DNA of 64,000 nt from Dendrobates tinctorius (Eukaryota): contig NW_027361775.1 of the NCBI RefSeq assembly GCF_039654945.1, positions 32,302,001-32,366,000 of the forward strand. Reading direction: 5' to 3'. Within the stretch, counting starts at the first letter, position 1. The number at the start of each line of letters is the position of its first letter. Made by a program: the position numbers and the translations under genes. Under the pieces are notes generated by a model that saw only the letters and a list, made by a program, of their open reading frames with translations, searched no databases and was not told where the DNA came from. Below, piece after piece: positions 36,571 to 52,209 of the stretch.

Positions 36571-37801
36571 TGTAACAACCCTGCTGGCATCACTACATGG
36601 CCTCCCATCCCCGCACACCAACTTACTCACTGCTCCAGGTCATGCGGTGATTTCTGTCTGCTGCCAGCTCCAAGCACTATGCCTCTTGTTTTCCTGCTTG
36701 CTCTCCATGTTTCCTGACTTTGTGTATAGGGGGGCGGCGCCTGAACTCTCTGCTTCTTATGCAGTCAGGGTGCAGCAGTCTATTCTGTCCCCGACCAATC
36801 ACCTGGAGTCCTTTACTATATAGGGTCGCCACACCCACTAACCTTCGCCTGTGCAGTGTCTATACTCAGTGTTTTGCTGCTGAGGAAGCCAGGCCCTGTT
36901 CTGTGTATCTCCTTCTCTGGAGGAATACTCTAGCCTTGTTTTGTATTCCTTGTCTGCCCTCCAGGAGGCTGCATATCCTGGTCCCTGTATCCTTCAGTCC
37001 CTGTACCTTGTCTTGTACTGTGTCTCTGTCTTACCTCTGTCTGTCTGTCAGTCTCCTTGTCTGTGGTTCCTTTCCCTGCTGTGTCTTTCCCTGTGTCCTC
37101 CCTGTCTGTTCCTTGCACCCTTGCAAGCTCCGCCAACCTTGCACCCTTGCAAGCTCCGCCTACCTTGCACCCTTGCAAGCTTTGCCTACGCCGCACTCTT
37201 GCAAGCTCCGCCTACGCCGCACTCCTGCAAGCTCCGCCTACGCCACACTCCTGTGGCTCTGCCTACGCTGCACTCTCGCCTGTATCCATACCTGCACCTC
37301 CTGTGTGAACAGGTCCAAACCTGTTCCTTCATACTCCACCCCTTCCTGCTTGTATCAGTACCCGTTCCTGCTGTGTGAACAGGTCCCTACCTGTTCCTTC
37401 ATACACCACACCTGCCTGCCCTGTGTCTCAAGCTGTGCCTGCCTGCCCTGTCTCCAAGCCATGCCTGCTTGCCCAGTGTCTCCAAGCCGTACCTGCTTGC
37501 CCAGTGTCTCCAAGCCGTGCCTGCTTGCCCATTGTCTCCAAGCCGTGCCTACCTGCCTGCTTGTCTGCAGCTTCTGTCCAAGCGACTTGTCCCTGAGTGG
37601 GATCAGCAGCCACAGCCAGACACTACCCTGGAGTGGCACCCGACAGCTATCTGCCGCACAAGCCTGACCTCACCATCAGAGGCTCCAGTGAAGACCGAAG
37701 TAGCTGTCGTAGTCACGCCCCTTCCAGGGTAGTCTGGTCTGTGGCACAGTGGGGCCACAACCCACCGGCTCGCGCCAATCAGCCAAGGCACGAGCGTGAC
37801 A
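36571..37801 (+). mobile_element. Solo LTR (1231 bp) with internal minisatellites
   Basis: TGTAAC...GTGACA, 5-bp TSD CCATT, TATATA at ~36817, ~26-nt and ~28-nt tandem repeats. Confidence 0.8.
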
Positions 37802-39980
37802 CCATTCCATGCCATTTATACCCAGCCACGCATCATTGTAGCCTGCTGGGCCTTGGGTTCATTTCACCAATTAAAGTCCCAGCTGATGTAGTAACATATA
37901 GACAGGGCTCTATTCACCTGATGGAGGCCAAAAATGTATGGTTGACTCTACTAAGCAGAGGCATTACCCAATAACGACACTCCTGGCACCAGAGAATCCT
38001 GACAGTGTGTGCCATGAGTGATGAGGATTCAAAAGTCTGCCATTACAGACCTGGACAACTCCTTTAAGTCATGCATTGCCCTCCCATACAAACCACAAGT
38101 TGGCCAAGGTGTTGGCATGGAGTTCAGACCTTTATCTGGTGGACCATTAGTAAAAGCAAGTAAGCTCCCCGGTAATAAAATGTTTGGTAGGCTGCTAGGA
38201 CTAGATGTGCACAGAAAGGAGAAGAGTCCATTCATTATTAGTCCCAAGGTCAATTGTGCACAGGAGAATATCAACCCAAATCTCAAAACTCTTCCCTATT
38301 CCGATGGTCACAAAAGTGAGGAGTACGGTAAAGTAAGTGAAGCAGTATGTAGTGCAGATCCTGTCCCGGTGGTCTCTGGTCACTTTTCCTAATAGCTTTG
38401 GTAATTACTCATGCCTACTGATGTAGTACATTACAGATGCGTGCGCCACGCACTTTAAAGCATTAGATAATTGTATCAAGTACTGTTCCGCTTTAGAAAA
38501 ATGACAGGCTGAAATCTCTTCTCTGCGTTTCATTGTGCAGAGCGTGGCGTAGGTTTAACGCTGCGGGTCTCCTTTGTTCCCTTCTCTCTGGGGTGCGTCT
38601 TAAAAGGTAGAATAGAAAATGAGCATGGTGAAAATAAATCCTCTGCACATTTCTGTACTCTGAATGTGATATGAAGGACCCCATTGTCTCGGTATGCATA
38701 TTTTATCAACTATATACCATTAAAGAAAATAATACACTTAGATGTAAAAAGTAAAAAAAAATAAATAAATAAGCGGCCAGTTTAACCCATTTATACCTAC
38801 CGCCACGCGGTTTTAAAAAGTAACGGTCTACAATGAGCTATAGTTCTGTGCGGCGGGTTTAACAAATACTCTGCAATCAGATAATACATGCTATCTGAAT
38901 AGCTGGAATTACCGCCCCTGTAATTCTAAAGCCATTTCTAAATGTTTTCAACTCCAATAACTTTGGAGCAATTTGTGCACTGTGTACCTGCTGGCGGTTT
39001 GGCGGAAAGTGAACACACTTTATTAGTATGATGGAAATCCGGACAAGATGCGCTCCCAAGAGAGATGTCTCATCCGTAATAACAGATGCCTGACCTCTGC
39101 TGAAAAAGAGGCGGGTAACTGGTACGGTACAGCTAACGTAAGGCAGGCCCATGTAACAAGTCGCTGGAAGCAGATCACAAACATCTGGAAGACTGATAGG
39201 CTTATTAAAGTGAAAGGGCAGAAAGGCATAAAAAAAGCAATAAAAATATGTTATAAAACAATTCTATCACCAATATGTCTGCTTGTCCTTTTTTTTTTTT
39301 TTTCCTGAGTGCTGATGGAAACAATGACTCAGATTTTTAGTACCCTGATTTTTTTTTTTTTTTTCATTGCTGCCTCCTAGATCCATACTTCTCTATTTTA
39401 CTAACAACATAGCCATAGGATATATGCCTGCCACACAAAGACGTCGCAAAAAAGCTAACAAAACAACATTGCTGGGCACATGTTCCATCTTATGTCACTT
39501 CTTTTAACCATCTCACGCATGGAAATCTTAAAGGAAGCAGCATGTTCACTCTTCGGGCGGCTTGGTTTGGTATCGACCTGCTCTACATAGTTGAAAACAT
39601 GGGAAAAAAGAAGTAAAAACAGCTTCTAAACGCCAGAGAAACCACTTCAGGAAAAAGACCACTGGCCTTTTCCTGAAACATTTTTGCCTTGGGAAACTTT
39701 AGTCTTCCATCGGTGTGCAGACATTCTGGCCTATGCTTTTACTGGTGGTTCAGTCCCTCGATCCTTGCTCATATTCTCGTCACTTGGAAGTGAAGTGGCT
39801 GTTCGGGTATAACCAGCAGTGGACACCGCATTATACCCGAACAGCCACTTCACTTCATAGCGACACTGCATTCCGCAGGATATACTTTGGTGTATGAACA
39901 GCACCACCATTATTAAGAGGCTTTTTAGGGACACTATGCTTTGCTCCTTTTCCTTATCATCTTGCTATACATGGCAGTCG

Positions 39981-40020
39981 GTACACTGATGAAGGTCAAT
40001 TTGGACCGAAACGTCTGGAT
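39981..40020 (+). ncRNA. Minimal type I hammerhead ribozyme-like motif
   Basis: GTACA-CTGATGA-A-GGTC(AATTTG)GACC-GAAAC-GTC-TGGAT; GUC cleavage triplet; palindromic ACGT stem III. Confidence 0.72.
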
Positions 40021-42883
40021 TTTATACCACTGACTGTAATAATTACTTCATTATTCATCCATATAAGTTGAGTGCCAATTTCCTTTATCACTATTACTGG
40101 TTTGGGACCCTTCTTGAGCACCGCACCAGTAGTGCCACGTCACATTCTAGTCATATGTAAATGCTTGTCTGACATCCTGCATAGATCGCTTATTACGATC
40201 ACATTGTCAAATGCTTATACAAAGATCTACTCATCTAAACTGACCTTTAGCGTTCCAAAGCATTATTTATTGTCATCATTACTAGCAAACTAGTAAATGA
40301 TTTGCAACCTGATCTGACAACTGCAAATTGCTACCAGAGGGTGCCTCATGCCTCTGGTGCCACAGCTGGCACTGGCCATCTCACATCGGAGGTTGACTGG
40401 CCGGGATCAGTTACCGTAGGTTGTTGGAGCAGCACCTACAAGTGATGATGCGAGCACAGCTCCTGACTTCCATATCTAGATACTCTGGATATGACTGGAA
40501 CAATTTCTCCATGACACAATCCTAAACTATTGTATAGAGCACTTCATAGTGAATCTATAACAATAATCTTTCAAGAAAACGTTTAGATTTTCCCCAGAGA
40601 TAAAACATATTTCCAATGGTTCTAAACTATCATTTTCTTACCAGAGTCACACACAGATTATTGGCAGAAACATGTGTCATTACTTGTATAAGCCAAATTA
40701 TACGGCCAGCTTTATCCTGTGCTGCTATTTTATCTGAATCTTCTCGAAAGAGAACATGACAAAATGACAAGGTAAATGAGGGATTAAAATGATCATCAAA
40801 TGTCCACAGCTCAGAAAACAGATGCCGATATCATTCACAAATATGTCAATATATTCAGGAGCTTCCCGAGACTGAAGATTTCTAAGATTTCTAAATAGTG
40901 AACACAGGGGCACCGGTTTTCTAATAGCAGGGAACAATAGATTACATTTAACCACACAGCAAATTGGCACCTACTTGTAGTGGAAAATGTAGGGCTGTCA
41001 AGAATCACTGGGAGTAAATATTAACTAGTTTTATCCCTCCTGTTCTTGTTCCAAGGTTGGGGGGATCCGATGTGAACTATATTGGGCACCAGCAGACTTT
41101 GTCAGCTACTCATCCATAAGGACATTGGTCCATGAATCTAACAATCCAATCACCAGGCTAAAAAGTGTTGAAGGAGCTCAGCATATTACCCATCCTCCAC
41201 AAAAGTAATATGTCACATTGGTGGAGATGAAGAGGGTCTGAGAGCTAAAGGAAAAATTGCAGATGGGGAAAAATTTTTCAACTAGAGGAGGCTGATGGAC
41301 AGATCTGGTCACATGTCTCACAACAGCAGCCTTTTTGAGGGCAAGAAATCTGTGTACTCTGAGGAAGAAAGAGAACCTGTAGGCAAAAATTGAAATAGCA
41401 GGCACCACCATATATAAGGGGTCAACCTGAAGCATGTGAACAAGATATATGTAAACAGACAGAAGCAAAGAACTAAAAAAAATAATAATAATGCATAACT
41501 AAGAAAGAGCAAGCTTTTATTAACACAAAATGACATACAAGTAAAAAACACTTAAAGTCACAAATGACATAAAAATATACACAATAGCTCACAATAGAAA
41601 TAGAATATCTTAACATATAAATCAAACCATAATGTAAAATACGGTCAAAGAGAATCCAATACAATATCTAAAATGTATTATGCAAATGTCCAAACCACGT
41701 GCTCCACTTACTATCTGTGAAACACCACTCATGGAAGAATATCAAACCGATTATCTCCAACTAGTAGGCAGCGGACATGATCATAGATCAAATGAGCCAT
41801 GATCCGAGCTATGGAGTATACAAACCCATCAACAACACCCACCACACAGTGGTATCCACAGTCAATGAATTCAAATAAACCTGATTCACCTCGGAAGGAG
41901 CAGCAATGTTCTGGGTCAAAAGATGGTAAAAAACGATGACAGGGTAAAGGTGCCCAACGTGGCTAGGTTTTCTAGCTCTCTTGTGGGTTAATGTGTATAT
42001 GTTTTTGTAATTTGTGACTTTTTAAGTGCTTTTAAATTGTATGTCAGTTTATATAAATAAAAGCTTGATCTTTATTATGGAGGTTCTGGCTGGTTGTGTG
42101 GACTTGTGCTATGGGTTGCTATGCCCTTGCAGGCCACATGATGCCAGTGACTTTGGCTGGTCAGATATGGATGTTGAACAGTTCAATGAGGGAGACCACC
42201 ACTCAAAAATAAACAGCAAATGATTACTAAACAGCAACTTGGTGAAAATTATGTATAGTAGATAGTGGATGCAATACTTCACGAACGTTTCTTTTAACAC
42301 ATGAAGCATCTTCAACATCTTCACATACATTCTCCCTGCCTTCTCAGAATGAATTGGTTCTCTCTCACCTAGTCCTATATCTTCACCACTACTCAGCACA
42401 ATACTATAGGCCAGTACATGAGAGTCCTATTCTCAACCCGCATCCTCTATACCTCTTTAAGAAACTAGTTTGCCAATTTAGCCAATACTTAGCTTCTCTG
42501 TTTCTTACGCCTTGGAACTCCCACCCGGGTCACTCGTCGTCTCACGGTCTCTGCTTTGTCCTGGTCCGTTACATCTCAGTTATAAACTTGGGGCCATACC
42601 ACTAGGCGTTCTGTCCCAGGATTCGTATTCCGTTAATCACTCTTTCCTTTGGTCACTTCTCTCTTTCCTCAGGTACACGTTATCTACTGTGTCTGTCTCA
42701 ACTCACATTAGGGGCACCGGCATCACGCAGCTCTGCTGAGTAGACAGATTTTAAGCTTGCTTCTGTGTCACACTGGGTCCTATCTAACTTCCTCACAGGA
42801 AACTGTCTCTGTCCCTTTACCTTAGCCCCTCCCACTCTGGGCTAGTTCCAAACATTAAGGCATATCATAATACACATTACATA

Positions 42884-43096
42884 CAGGGCTGTGGCGTTGG
42901 TAAGCCAAACCTCCAACACAGACTCCTCATTTTCCTTGACACTGACCCCAACTCCAAATCCACGACTCCGACTCCCTCATACCAGGGCTGTGGAGTTGGT
43001 AAGCCAAACCTCTGACTCCGACTCCTCAATTTCCATGACACTGACTCCGACTCCAATTCCACCAAAATGGGCTCCGACTCCAACTCCACAGCCCTG
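42884..43096. mobile_element. Small hAT MITE with (GACTCC)n and a duplicated left end
   Basis: CAGGGCTGTGG termini; TSD ATTACATA/ATTACACA; second left end at ~42982. Confidence 0.75.
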
Positions 43097-43169
43097 ATTA
43101 CACATCAAGGTATATTTAAAACAAAACACGTCTTCAAGGGGGAACATGGGCAGTAGGTTCATCTCCTTA

Positions 43170-43566
43170 AGGGCATGTCACACTAAGAGATATCGCTAGC
43201 AATATCGCTATAACTAGTGACGTTATAGCGATATTGCTAGCGATATCTCTGTGTCTGATACTTACCAGCGACCGGCTCCCCCGCTGGTTATCGCTGATCG
43301 CGCGAGAACGTTCAGGACTGTTTCTCGTCGTCAGCTTCCTGCGGCGCTTCCTGCTGTGACGACGAGCGACGCGTGGAGCCGGGCGGGAGGACGCAGGATC
43401 GCCTGGTGTGACAGGTAAGTAGCGACCCCCGTCCCCAGCGATGTCGCTAGTGAGATCTGCCTATTTGGCAGCTCACTAGCGACCACTTAGCGATGCACCA
43501 GCGATCCTGACCGCGTCATATCGCTGGTCGGGATCGCTGGTACATCGCTAAGTGTGACAGTACCTT
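43170..43566. mobile_element. MITE of the AGCGAT-rich family
   Basis: TA|AGGGCATGTCACAC ... GTGTGACAGTACCTT|TA. Confidence 0.88.
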
Positions 43567-44159
43567 TACACTTACAGGAACCTTCAGTGTTGCACATTCA
43601 AAAAAACCTCTTAATTATGTGACCATGACAGAGAGATACGACTCTGTATTTAAACAATAAAGGTTCCCAGTTAATTACTACAAGCACAGATCTTGAAAAC
43701 CAAGAGAAATGTATACTCAAAGCATATTAAAAAATTGCACTACATTTTATAATACAAGATTTGCGAGACTCTATAAAATTTGGCCAGAACAAGAAGTCAC
43801 CTGTTAAATTTGCTGATTGAGTGTCAATGCTCCAGTAATCCCCATTGTTCTTTACTTACTTGGCATGCAAGATTGCAGCCAAACAAGATCTGGATGGGAA
43901 GTATGCATCATTGAGGTGGTTAGGACCCAGAGAAGACAAAGGCTCCAGAACAGATATTGCTGAGATTTATTTTTTTTTAATGGGCCCAAATTCTGGGTCT
44001 AGGTTTTAGGAACGACTGGAAGAGCTAGGTGGGACTGATAGTTCCCATTCTCCTATCCAGGCTTTGCAGACCATATAAAAGGCAGCTGGGTGCCTCAGTT
44101 ATTGTTCGGGAGTAGAAGTGGAGACACCTCTGTTATCTTGGTCAGATAACACTGACAAA

Positions 44160-44751
44160 GGGCCCAGTCACACATAGCAACTCACCAGCGATCCCGACAG
44201 CGATATCAACTTGTCAGGATCGCTGGTGTGTCTCTACATGATCGCTGGTGAGCTGTCAAACAGGCAGCTTCACCAGCGATCAGCACAGCAACGCCGAGCT
44301 GGTGTGTCGCTGTGTACGTTAGTTACCAGCGCGCTGATGCAGGGAGCTCATAACTAAGGTACACATCGGGTTTCTAAGCAGCGCGCGTCACTTAGAAACC
44401 CGATGTGTACCTTGGTTACCAGCTCCCTGCATCAGCACGCTGGTAACTAAGGTACACATTGGGTTTCTAAGCACCACGCGCTGCTTAGAAACCCTGCGTT
44501 TACCTTAGTTACCAGCACGCTGATCGCTGGTCTCCCGCCTGTCACACGCAGCGATGCGTGCTGGCCAGCGGGAGACCAGCAATCAAAAAAATGTCCTGGC
44601 CATTCCAGGACGATCAGCGATAACCGGCAAGGGGGCCGGTCGCTGGTCAGTGTCACACACAGCGATCTCGCTGGTGAGATCGCTGTTGCATTACAAAACT
44701 TGTGACTCAGCAACGATCTTGCAAGCGAGATCGCTATGTGTGAAGGGGGCT
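44160..44751. mobile_element. MITE, longer AGCGAT-related subfamily
   Basis: GGGCCCAGTCACACATAGC ... GCTATGTGTGAAGGGGGC; sister copy at 63478-64000. Confidence 0.8.
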
Positions 44752-46561
44752 TAAGTGTGGAGACCGATGTAAACGGGAAGAGAACATATTTCTGAGAGAC
44801 TGTTTTACTTTATTTTATACAGTTTTGCAAGTGAAAGGCCATTTGTTTTCATTTTAAGATTTATGGCGCTTAATAAATATTCCTATTTAACTAAGAACTT
44901 TACTACCTGTGCCTACCTCATCCGCTGCCAAAGAGTGGAATCCCTACAGCTCCAACAATGATGTTTGCCACATGACTGCTGCAGTGAATCAGACCTGCAC
45001 AACTAGTGCCAGGGATGGGACCAGCGATTGGCTGCAGGGGCATGGATAGATGGGACATCATCGCTGCAGTCAAGTAAACGGAGACCGGCAGGGACCACTA
45101 AATTAGGAGAGGATATAAGTGCACAGACTATTTTGATATTTTATACCATTAACTCTTGACTAAATTAGTTCAGGATCTCAGAAAAACAAGTTAATGAGCT
45201 TTAATAACTGAAATCAAATTATCTCTTTTAGCAGACCCGTATAGCACTAGAAGCTCACCCACTAACTTATGGCCAGTCAGTCCCTCACCCAGATACCTAC
45301 AGAAAGCCATGTCCTCAGTTTCTCAGGATCAAATTACTGATGTGTGCTCATGGAAGGGAAAAGTATAAAAAGCCAATTATTTTCAATAGCCAGCTTAAAC
45401 CGGCAGTCCACACAGACATTTAATCTCATATACACCATTTCTTTGAAAGCACTGCATGACTCATTGCACTAAGTCATACTTGTAACCCTGTCGAGCGCCA
45501 TAATAAGAGAGCATTCTTTAAAGTAGGGAAATGATCAGAACATTGAATTTGAGTTTTTCCATTCGTTTTGGAGTAGACAAATCCTATTAAGAACACATTA
45601 CTTATTATGTTATCATTATATATTAAGGTGTGTGAAATAGGCAGAATACAAAGCCGGACACTGCATGACGAATGCTACTAACAGAGTTTTTTCAAGCGAA
45701 AGAGCATCAATCATAGAATTCAGCATTATGGCAGAATCAATAATGCTCAATAACTTTATTTTATTAAAGAGAACCAATTCTTTATTTTAAATGAACTTAA
45801 AAAGTAAGGTTGCTGCTTATGTATCTTCTTGTGAAGATCTGAGCTTTGTGACCCCCACCAGGTGCTAGAGCGGAAGTCAAACCTTCCCAAATTCCATTTA
45901 CTTCAACATGACTATACGAATATGAACATTATAGGCCAACAACCTCCTAATCAAAGAGCTACGGAGTATGGAACTTGTGAGAGAGTGGCAGCCCCTTTTC
46001 TATGCAGATGCTGGTTTTAGTAAGCCATGACAGGAGTTTCTACCATTGTGGAGGTATTGTGACCGTGTCTTCCATTACTTTGAGAAGTCATCTTTTACAT
46101 AGAACTCCATCTAATTCCTAACATATTCCATCCTCGAAATGGAAAGCTTGGAAAACGTTTCCTTCTGACGGACATCTAAATGTGAACTTTCATGGCAATT
46201 CATCAGCAAACAGAAGATCCATGCTCCAAGCTACGGAAATGGAGGACAGTTACCTTATTAAACTCATTACAGAAAAGCTCCGATTCCATCTATACTAATG
46301 ATCTCTGCAGTGGTCCATAAAACAGAACTATTAATAAAACTCCTTACAGAGCTGCAATCCTTTACTTTCTCCATAGGAATGGGAATGATCCAACCCTGAC
46401 TGCCCACTGTGGGTGTAAGTAGATTCTTAAGAGCAGGCAGATGTCTCGCCAACGTCAAGACATCTGCCCAAGTACAGCCACCTGTGGGCATCAATTAATC
46501 AAAATTTTATGCCATGAAAGGAAGCTGAGAATGTTTCATATACTGGAAAAGTTAAGCTATA

Positions 46562-48062
<1,501 letters not shown>

Positions 48063-48099
48063 TAGAGCCCGACATACGAGTGCCTTCTTACTGCACTGT

Positions 48100-48730
48100 C
48101 TGTAACAAGATCCCTGTATAGTTATGATTAGGAATAATGCTGACTACTGAGTTGCCACTCTGTTAGATACAAGTTATAAATCCAAATTTTGCCAGATGAT
48201 TCCCGCCCTAGAAAGGGACCCGCGAATGCTGGAGTATCGAAACACGCTTTTACACAACCTTAAGAGAGCTTTTCCCCAAGAGAGCAGTGAAGCACACAGT
48301 TTGCATCGCAGCTATAGACTTCCAACCTCTGGCACGTCAAATCGTCAATGCCAAAACATTAACAACAGCAGCAGCAGTGGAAGTGGAAGGAGGAATTTCT
48401 GTGAGTCCTTTGACACTTTTTTTTAGACCAATTCGTGCACCAGCACAACAGAGTCCAAGTATTACACGTGGTTAACGATCGGAGTATCTAGAACTGAATA
48501 TCAATTCCATCAGGAAGGGTTTGGACCCTTTCACATTTTGGTCTTCCAAAATGAATGAGTGGCCTGAGCTTGCCTCAAACGCCTTGAAGGTTTGAGCCAA
48601 CGCCTTGAAGCATTCTCTCAGAATGTGTCTTCAGCCTGTCCCCTGAAAGTGTAGACCGCCTACCTTTCATCAAAATGTCATGGATCACCAAGGACTTTTG
48701 CACCCCAATCGCTGACTGTACAGACTAAGT
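48100..48730 (+). pseudogene. hAT transposase C-terminal remnant (dimerisation domain)
   Basis: Reads LDPFTFWSSKMNEWPELASNAL...ILSECVFS...LSPESVDRL.FIKM across frameshifts. Confidence 0.7.
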
Positions 48731-48780
48731 GATATTGCGTTTTTTAGTGTGATGCATTAACCGCAGTCTGTGATATCTTT

Positions 48781-51700
48781 GGGTATGTGCAGACGTTGCG
48801 GATTTGCCTGTGGAATTTTCTCCGCAGAAAACGCAGGTAAAAATCCGTGCATTTTTTATGCGGATTTGAGGAGTTTTTTATGCAGATTTTCATGCGTTTT
48901 TTCTATGCGGATTTAATTGCGTTTTGAAAGCTAAATAAAGTTATATTATTTAACAACAACAAAAAAAGAGTTGTGATGTAATTTCCTAGTCCAACCTCTT
49001 CTTTTACATACTCCATTGAAGAATAGTGTTTACACACACAGATAGATCTATAGATAGATATACACACGTGGTCAAAATTGTTGGTACCCCTCGCTTAAGG
49101 CCCCATTACACACAACGATATTGTTGTAACGTCACCAGTTTGGTGACGTTGCAGCGATGTCGAAACAACATCGTTGTGTGTGACACATAGCAACAATCTG
49201 AACAGGGAGTATACTATTGCTTTATTATTTAATTTTTTTTTTTTTTTTTTTTACAGGTAATCAAGGGCTTTGGGGATTAGCTGTATGGTAAGTATGTGGA
49301 CTATGTGTATTAGGCGTCAAGTTTCTCCCACTGCACAGCAGGAATCTCAAGCCATATCCTCTGCGGTCTCCCATTCCTCTGCAGCCACAGAGATTCCTGC
49401 TCAGCAGAGGCGTCGGTCCAGGCATCTTGCCCAGGATAATACTAGGCGTCTGGTTGCTCCTTCAGGCTCTGCTGTAACACCATGTTTGAGTCAGCAGCAA
49501 GCAGACGCTCCAGGGACTAAGTCCTGTATTTTGCCTACTGATCATGCCCATGGGACGACTTCTCATTGGAGGTCGGAGGTCACATTCGCAGGTCCAGTTC
49601 CTGCTCTGACTAGTCCACTACTGGGAAGGACGCCGCTATAAAAGAGTCACATGGCCACTCGGCCATGCGCTAGTATAGACTCTTGTGGCTTTTGGTGTGT
49701 ATGATGATGGATGTTTGACTGCGAATGACTCATTATGAAATCCATACCCTTTGTTGTGACTGTTAGGGCTTGGTGGTTAGAGTCAGCGCCTGTCAGTGGC
49801 TAATCTATCCGCCACAGTGCATCCTAGTCCTCTGCACTATCTAGCATCCGAATGTGCCTCCCTGCTCAGAGCATGGTTGTACCGCGCCAAGTAGCAGTAA
49901 CCGCCAGTGCAACACCGTGCGCACCTATAGTGCTTTCCTCCCCACCCCGGATGGTTAGTGGCATCCACCGAAGCGGTACTGTGTGCACTTGGAGCGATTA
50001 TATATATCCTCTCCTTTTGTTGGCACCGCAGCCGCGGCGCCGAGCGCTAATGGTCTAGAGGAGCTCTAGTCCTGTGCCTCTGGGACAGAGCTCTGTAACT
50101 TCTATTTAGCGCTCATTCAGCCGAGCTCTGAGTTCAACAGGCTCTGGCGCTTGTTTTAGCGGCTCTGTGGAGCAACAGAGTTTGCTTCTATTCACACTGA
50201 GTGGTTAACCCACGTGTGAGCAAGCGTTCATCCACCATCTAGTTCCGCCATTACTCAGCAGCAGGTTCCATCTTTGCACCGTGGACCCTGGGCTGCGAAC
50301 GCACCTCATATCTCCTTTTATATTATTTGGTGCGTTCCGCAGGCCCTATCATTGTGTGTATGTGGGGTTTTTTTTGACACCTGAACACACTAGCCGGATG
50401 ATGGGACTACTACTGTCCCATCATTGGCTAGCTGTCACTGTAACAGGCATAGCCGGATGGGACTAGTAGTACCATCGGACGATGCCTGCCTGCATACGGA
50501 CCCGCACATACACCTGCAAATCCCCGCACACATAGACACAGACACCCACTCCCAGACTGGCACATTCTCCACACAGTCTCCGCCCACACAGTCTTCCTCC
50601 TCCCGATCTGCAGCATTTCTTGCACCCACATCAATAGCAAAACCGCAGATCTTTTTAAACCTGCAGATTTTCCTGACTCAATGGAAGTCAATGGGTGCAG
50701 AAACACAGCAGATGCACAAAAAGATTTGACATGCTGTGGAAAATAAAACGCTGCAAATCCGCACTTATTTTTCCGCAGCATGTGCACAACAAATCTCCAT
50801 TACACATAAATTAACATTGGTGGTGCACTACACTGCGGATTTGTTGCAATTCCGCACGTCCAAAAACATTGCGGAAACTCATCAAAATTCATAACGCGGG
50901 CACACAGCCTTAGGCTGTGTGCCCACGTAGCGATTTTTAAGCGTTTTTGCCACGATTTTCGGCGCGAAAATGTTTAAAAATCGTGTACAGAACGCCCCCC
51001 CATGCATTCCTATGGCATTCCGCACATGCTGTGCTAATGCTGCGCTTTTTTCCGCAGCGGAATCGCATCGCGGAAAAAATCGTAGCATGGTCATTCTTTT
51101 GTGCGGAATCGCAAAGAATTGCCGCGATTCCGCACCCATAGGAATGCATGAGAATCGCTTACTTCCCGCATGTGGCTATGCCCACCACGCGGGAAGTTAA
51201 GCGTCTCATGTGCGGTTGGTACCCACGGTGTGGAGGAGAGGAGACTGTCCTCCAGGCCCTGGGTACCATACCCCTGTAAAAAAAAGAATAAAAAATAAAA
51301 AATCAGGGTATATTTACCTTCCGGCGTCACGCGCTGCATTCCCGGCCTCAGCATTCCCAGTAATGCCTTGCGGCAAGGTCCTGTGATGACGTGGTCTCGC
51401 GAGATCGTTATAGCAACGCGAGACCAACGTTATCATCACAGGTCGCGCAAGGCATTACTGGGAACGCTGAGGCCGGGAATGCAGAGCGTGACGCCGGAAG
51501 GTAAATATACCCCGATTTTTTTATTTTTTTTTAGCATTTTAACATTCTATCTTTAACTATTGATGCCGCATAGGCGGCCTCAATAGTAAAAAGCTGCTCA
51601 CACTTGTCAAACACTATGTTTGACGAGTGTGACCAACCTGTCAATCACTTTCCAAGCGATGCTTCAAATCGCTTGGAAAGTGCTTGAATATCGCACGCGA

Positions 51701-52209
51701 AAATTGCGGCAAAATCGCGATCATAATCGCGGTGAAATCGCGCGGAAAAACCGGAATAAAACGCTACGTGGGCACATAGCCATAGGGTATGTGCACATGT
51801 TGCGGATTGGCCTGCGGAATTTTCCGCACAGAATCTGCATCTCTTGGCAGAAAACGCAAGCCAAAATGCTTGTGGATGTCAAGTGGAAATGATGCAGATT
51901 TCCACATGAATTCATGTGGAATTGATGCGGATTTCTTGCGGATTGTCATGCGTTTTTTTGATGCGCGGATTTGCCTGACTCAGTGTATAGTCAACGTGTG
52001 CAGATACGCATTTCCGCACAAAGAATTGACATGCTGCGGAAAATAAAACGCTGCTTATCTGTGTGGATTTTTCCGCAGCATGTGCACAACAATTCTCAAA
52101 TTCCCATTGACTATCATTGTTACTGTATTACACTGCGAAATTGATGCAATTCCGCTCGTCCAAAAATGCTGCGGAAATGCATCAAAAACCGCAACGTGTG
52201 CACACAGCC
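48781..52209. mobile_element. Three abutting Harbinger-type MITEs (48781-50909, 50913-51781, 51785-52209)
   Basis: GGGTATGTGC/GGCTGTGTGC TIRs separated only by TTA or ATA trinucleotides. Confidence 0.75.
49308..50351 (+). mobile_element. Probable solo LTR nested in a MITE
   Basis: Ends TATTAGG...CCCTATCA (decayed TG..CA), flanks ATGTG/TTGTG, TATAAAAG at ~49637. Confidence 0.55.

Noticed and set aside
36720-37667. 315-aa Cys-rich ORF resembling a keratin-associated or metallothionein-like protein
   Set aside because: It lies wholly in a solo LTR with pyrimidine-rich minisatellites. Several frames are open, which points to a compositional artefact.
37900-38400. ORFs 38018-38392 and 38029-38286 as upstream SLC12A9 exons
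   Set aside because: No resemblance to the expected N-terminal SLC12 sequence (GV..P, FLR.G, TNGA).
42877-43162. ESES/TPTP low-complexity ORFs
   Set aside because: Translations of the (GACTCC)n repeat in a hAT MITE.
43880-44948. Possible solo LTR (TATAAAA at ~44074, AATAAA at ~44872, ends CCCTACA)
   Set aside because: I could not define a 5' TG end or a TSD.
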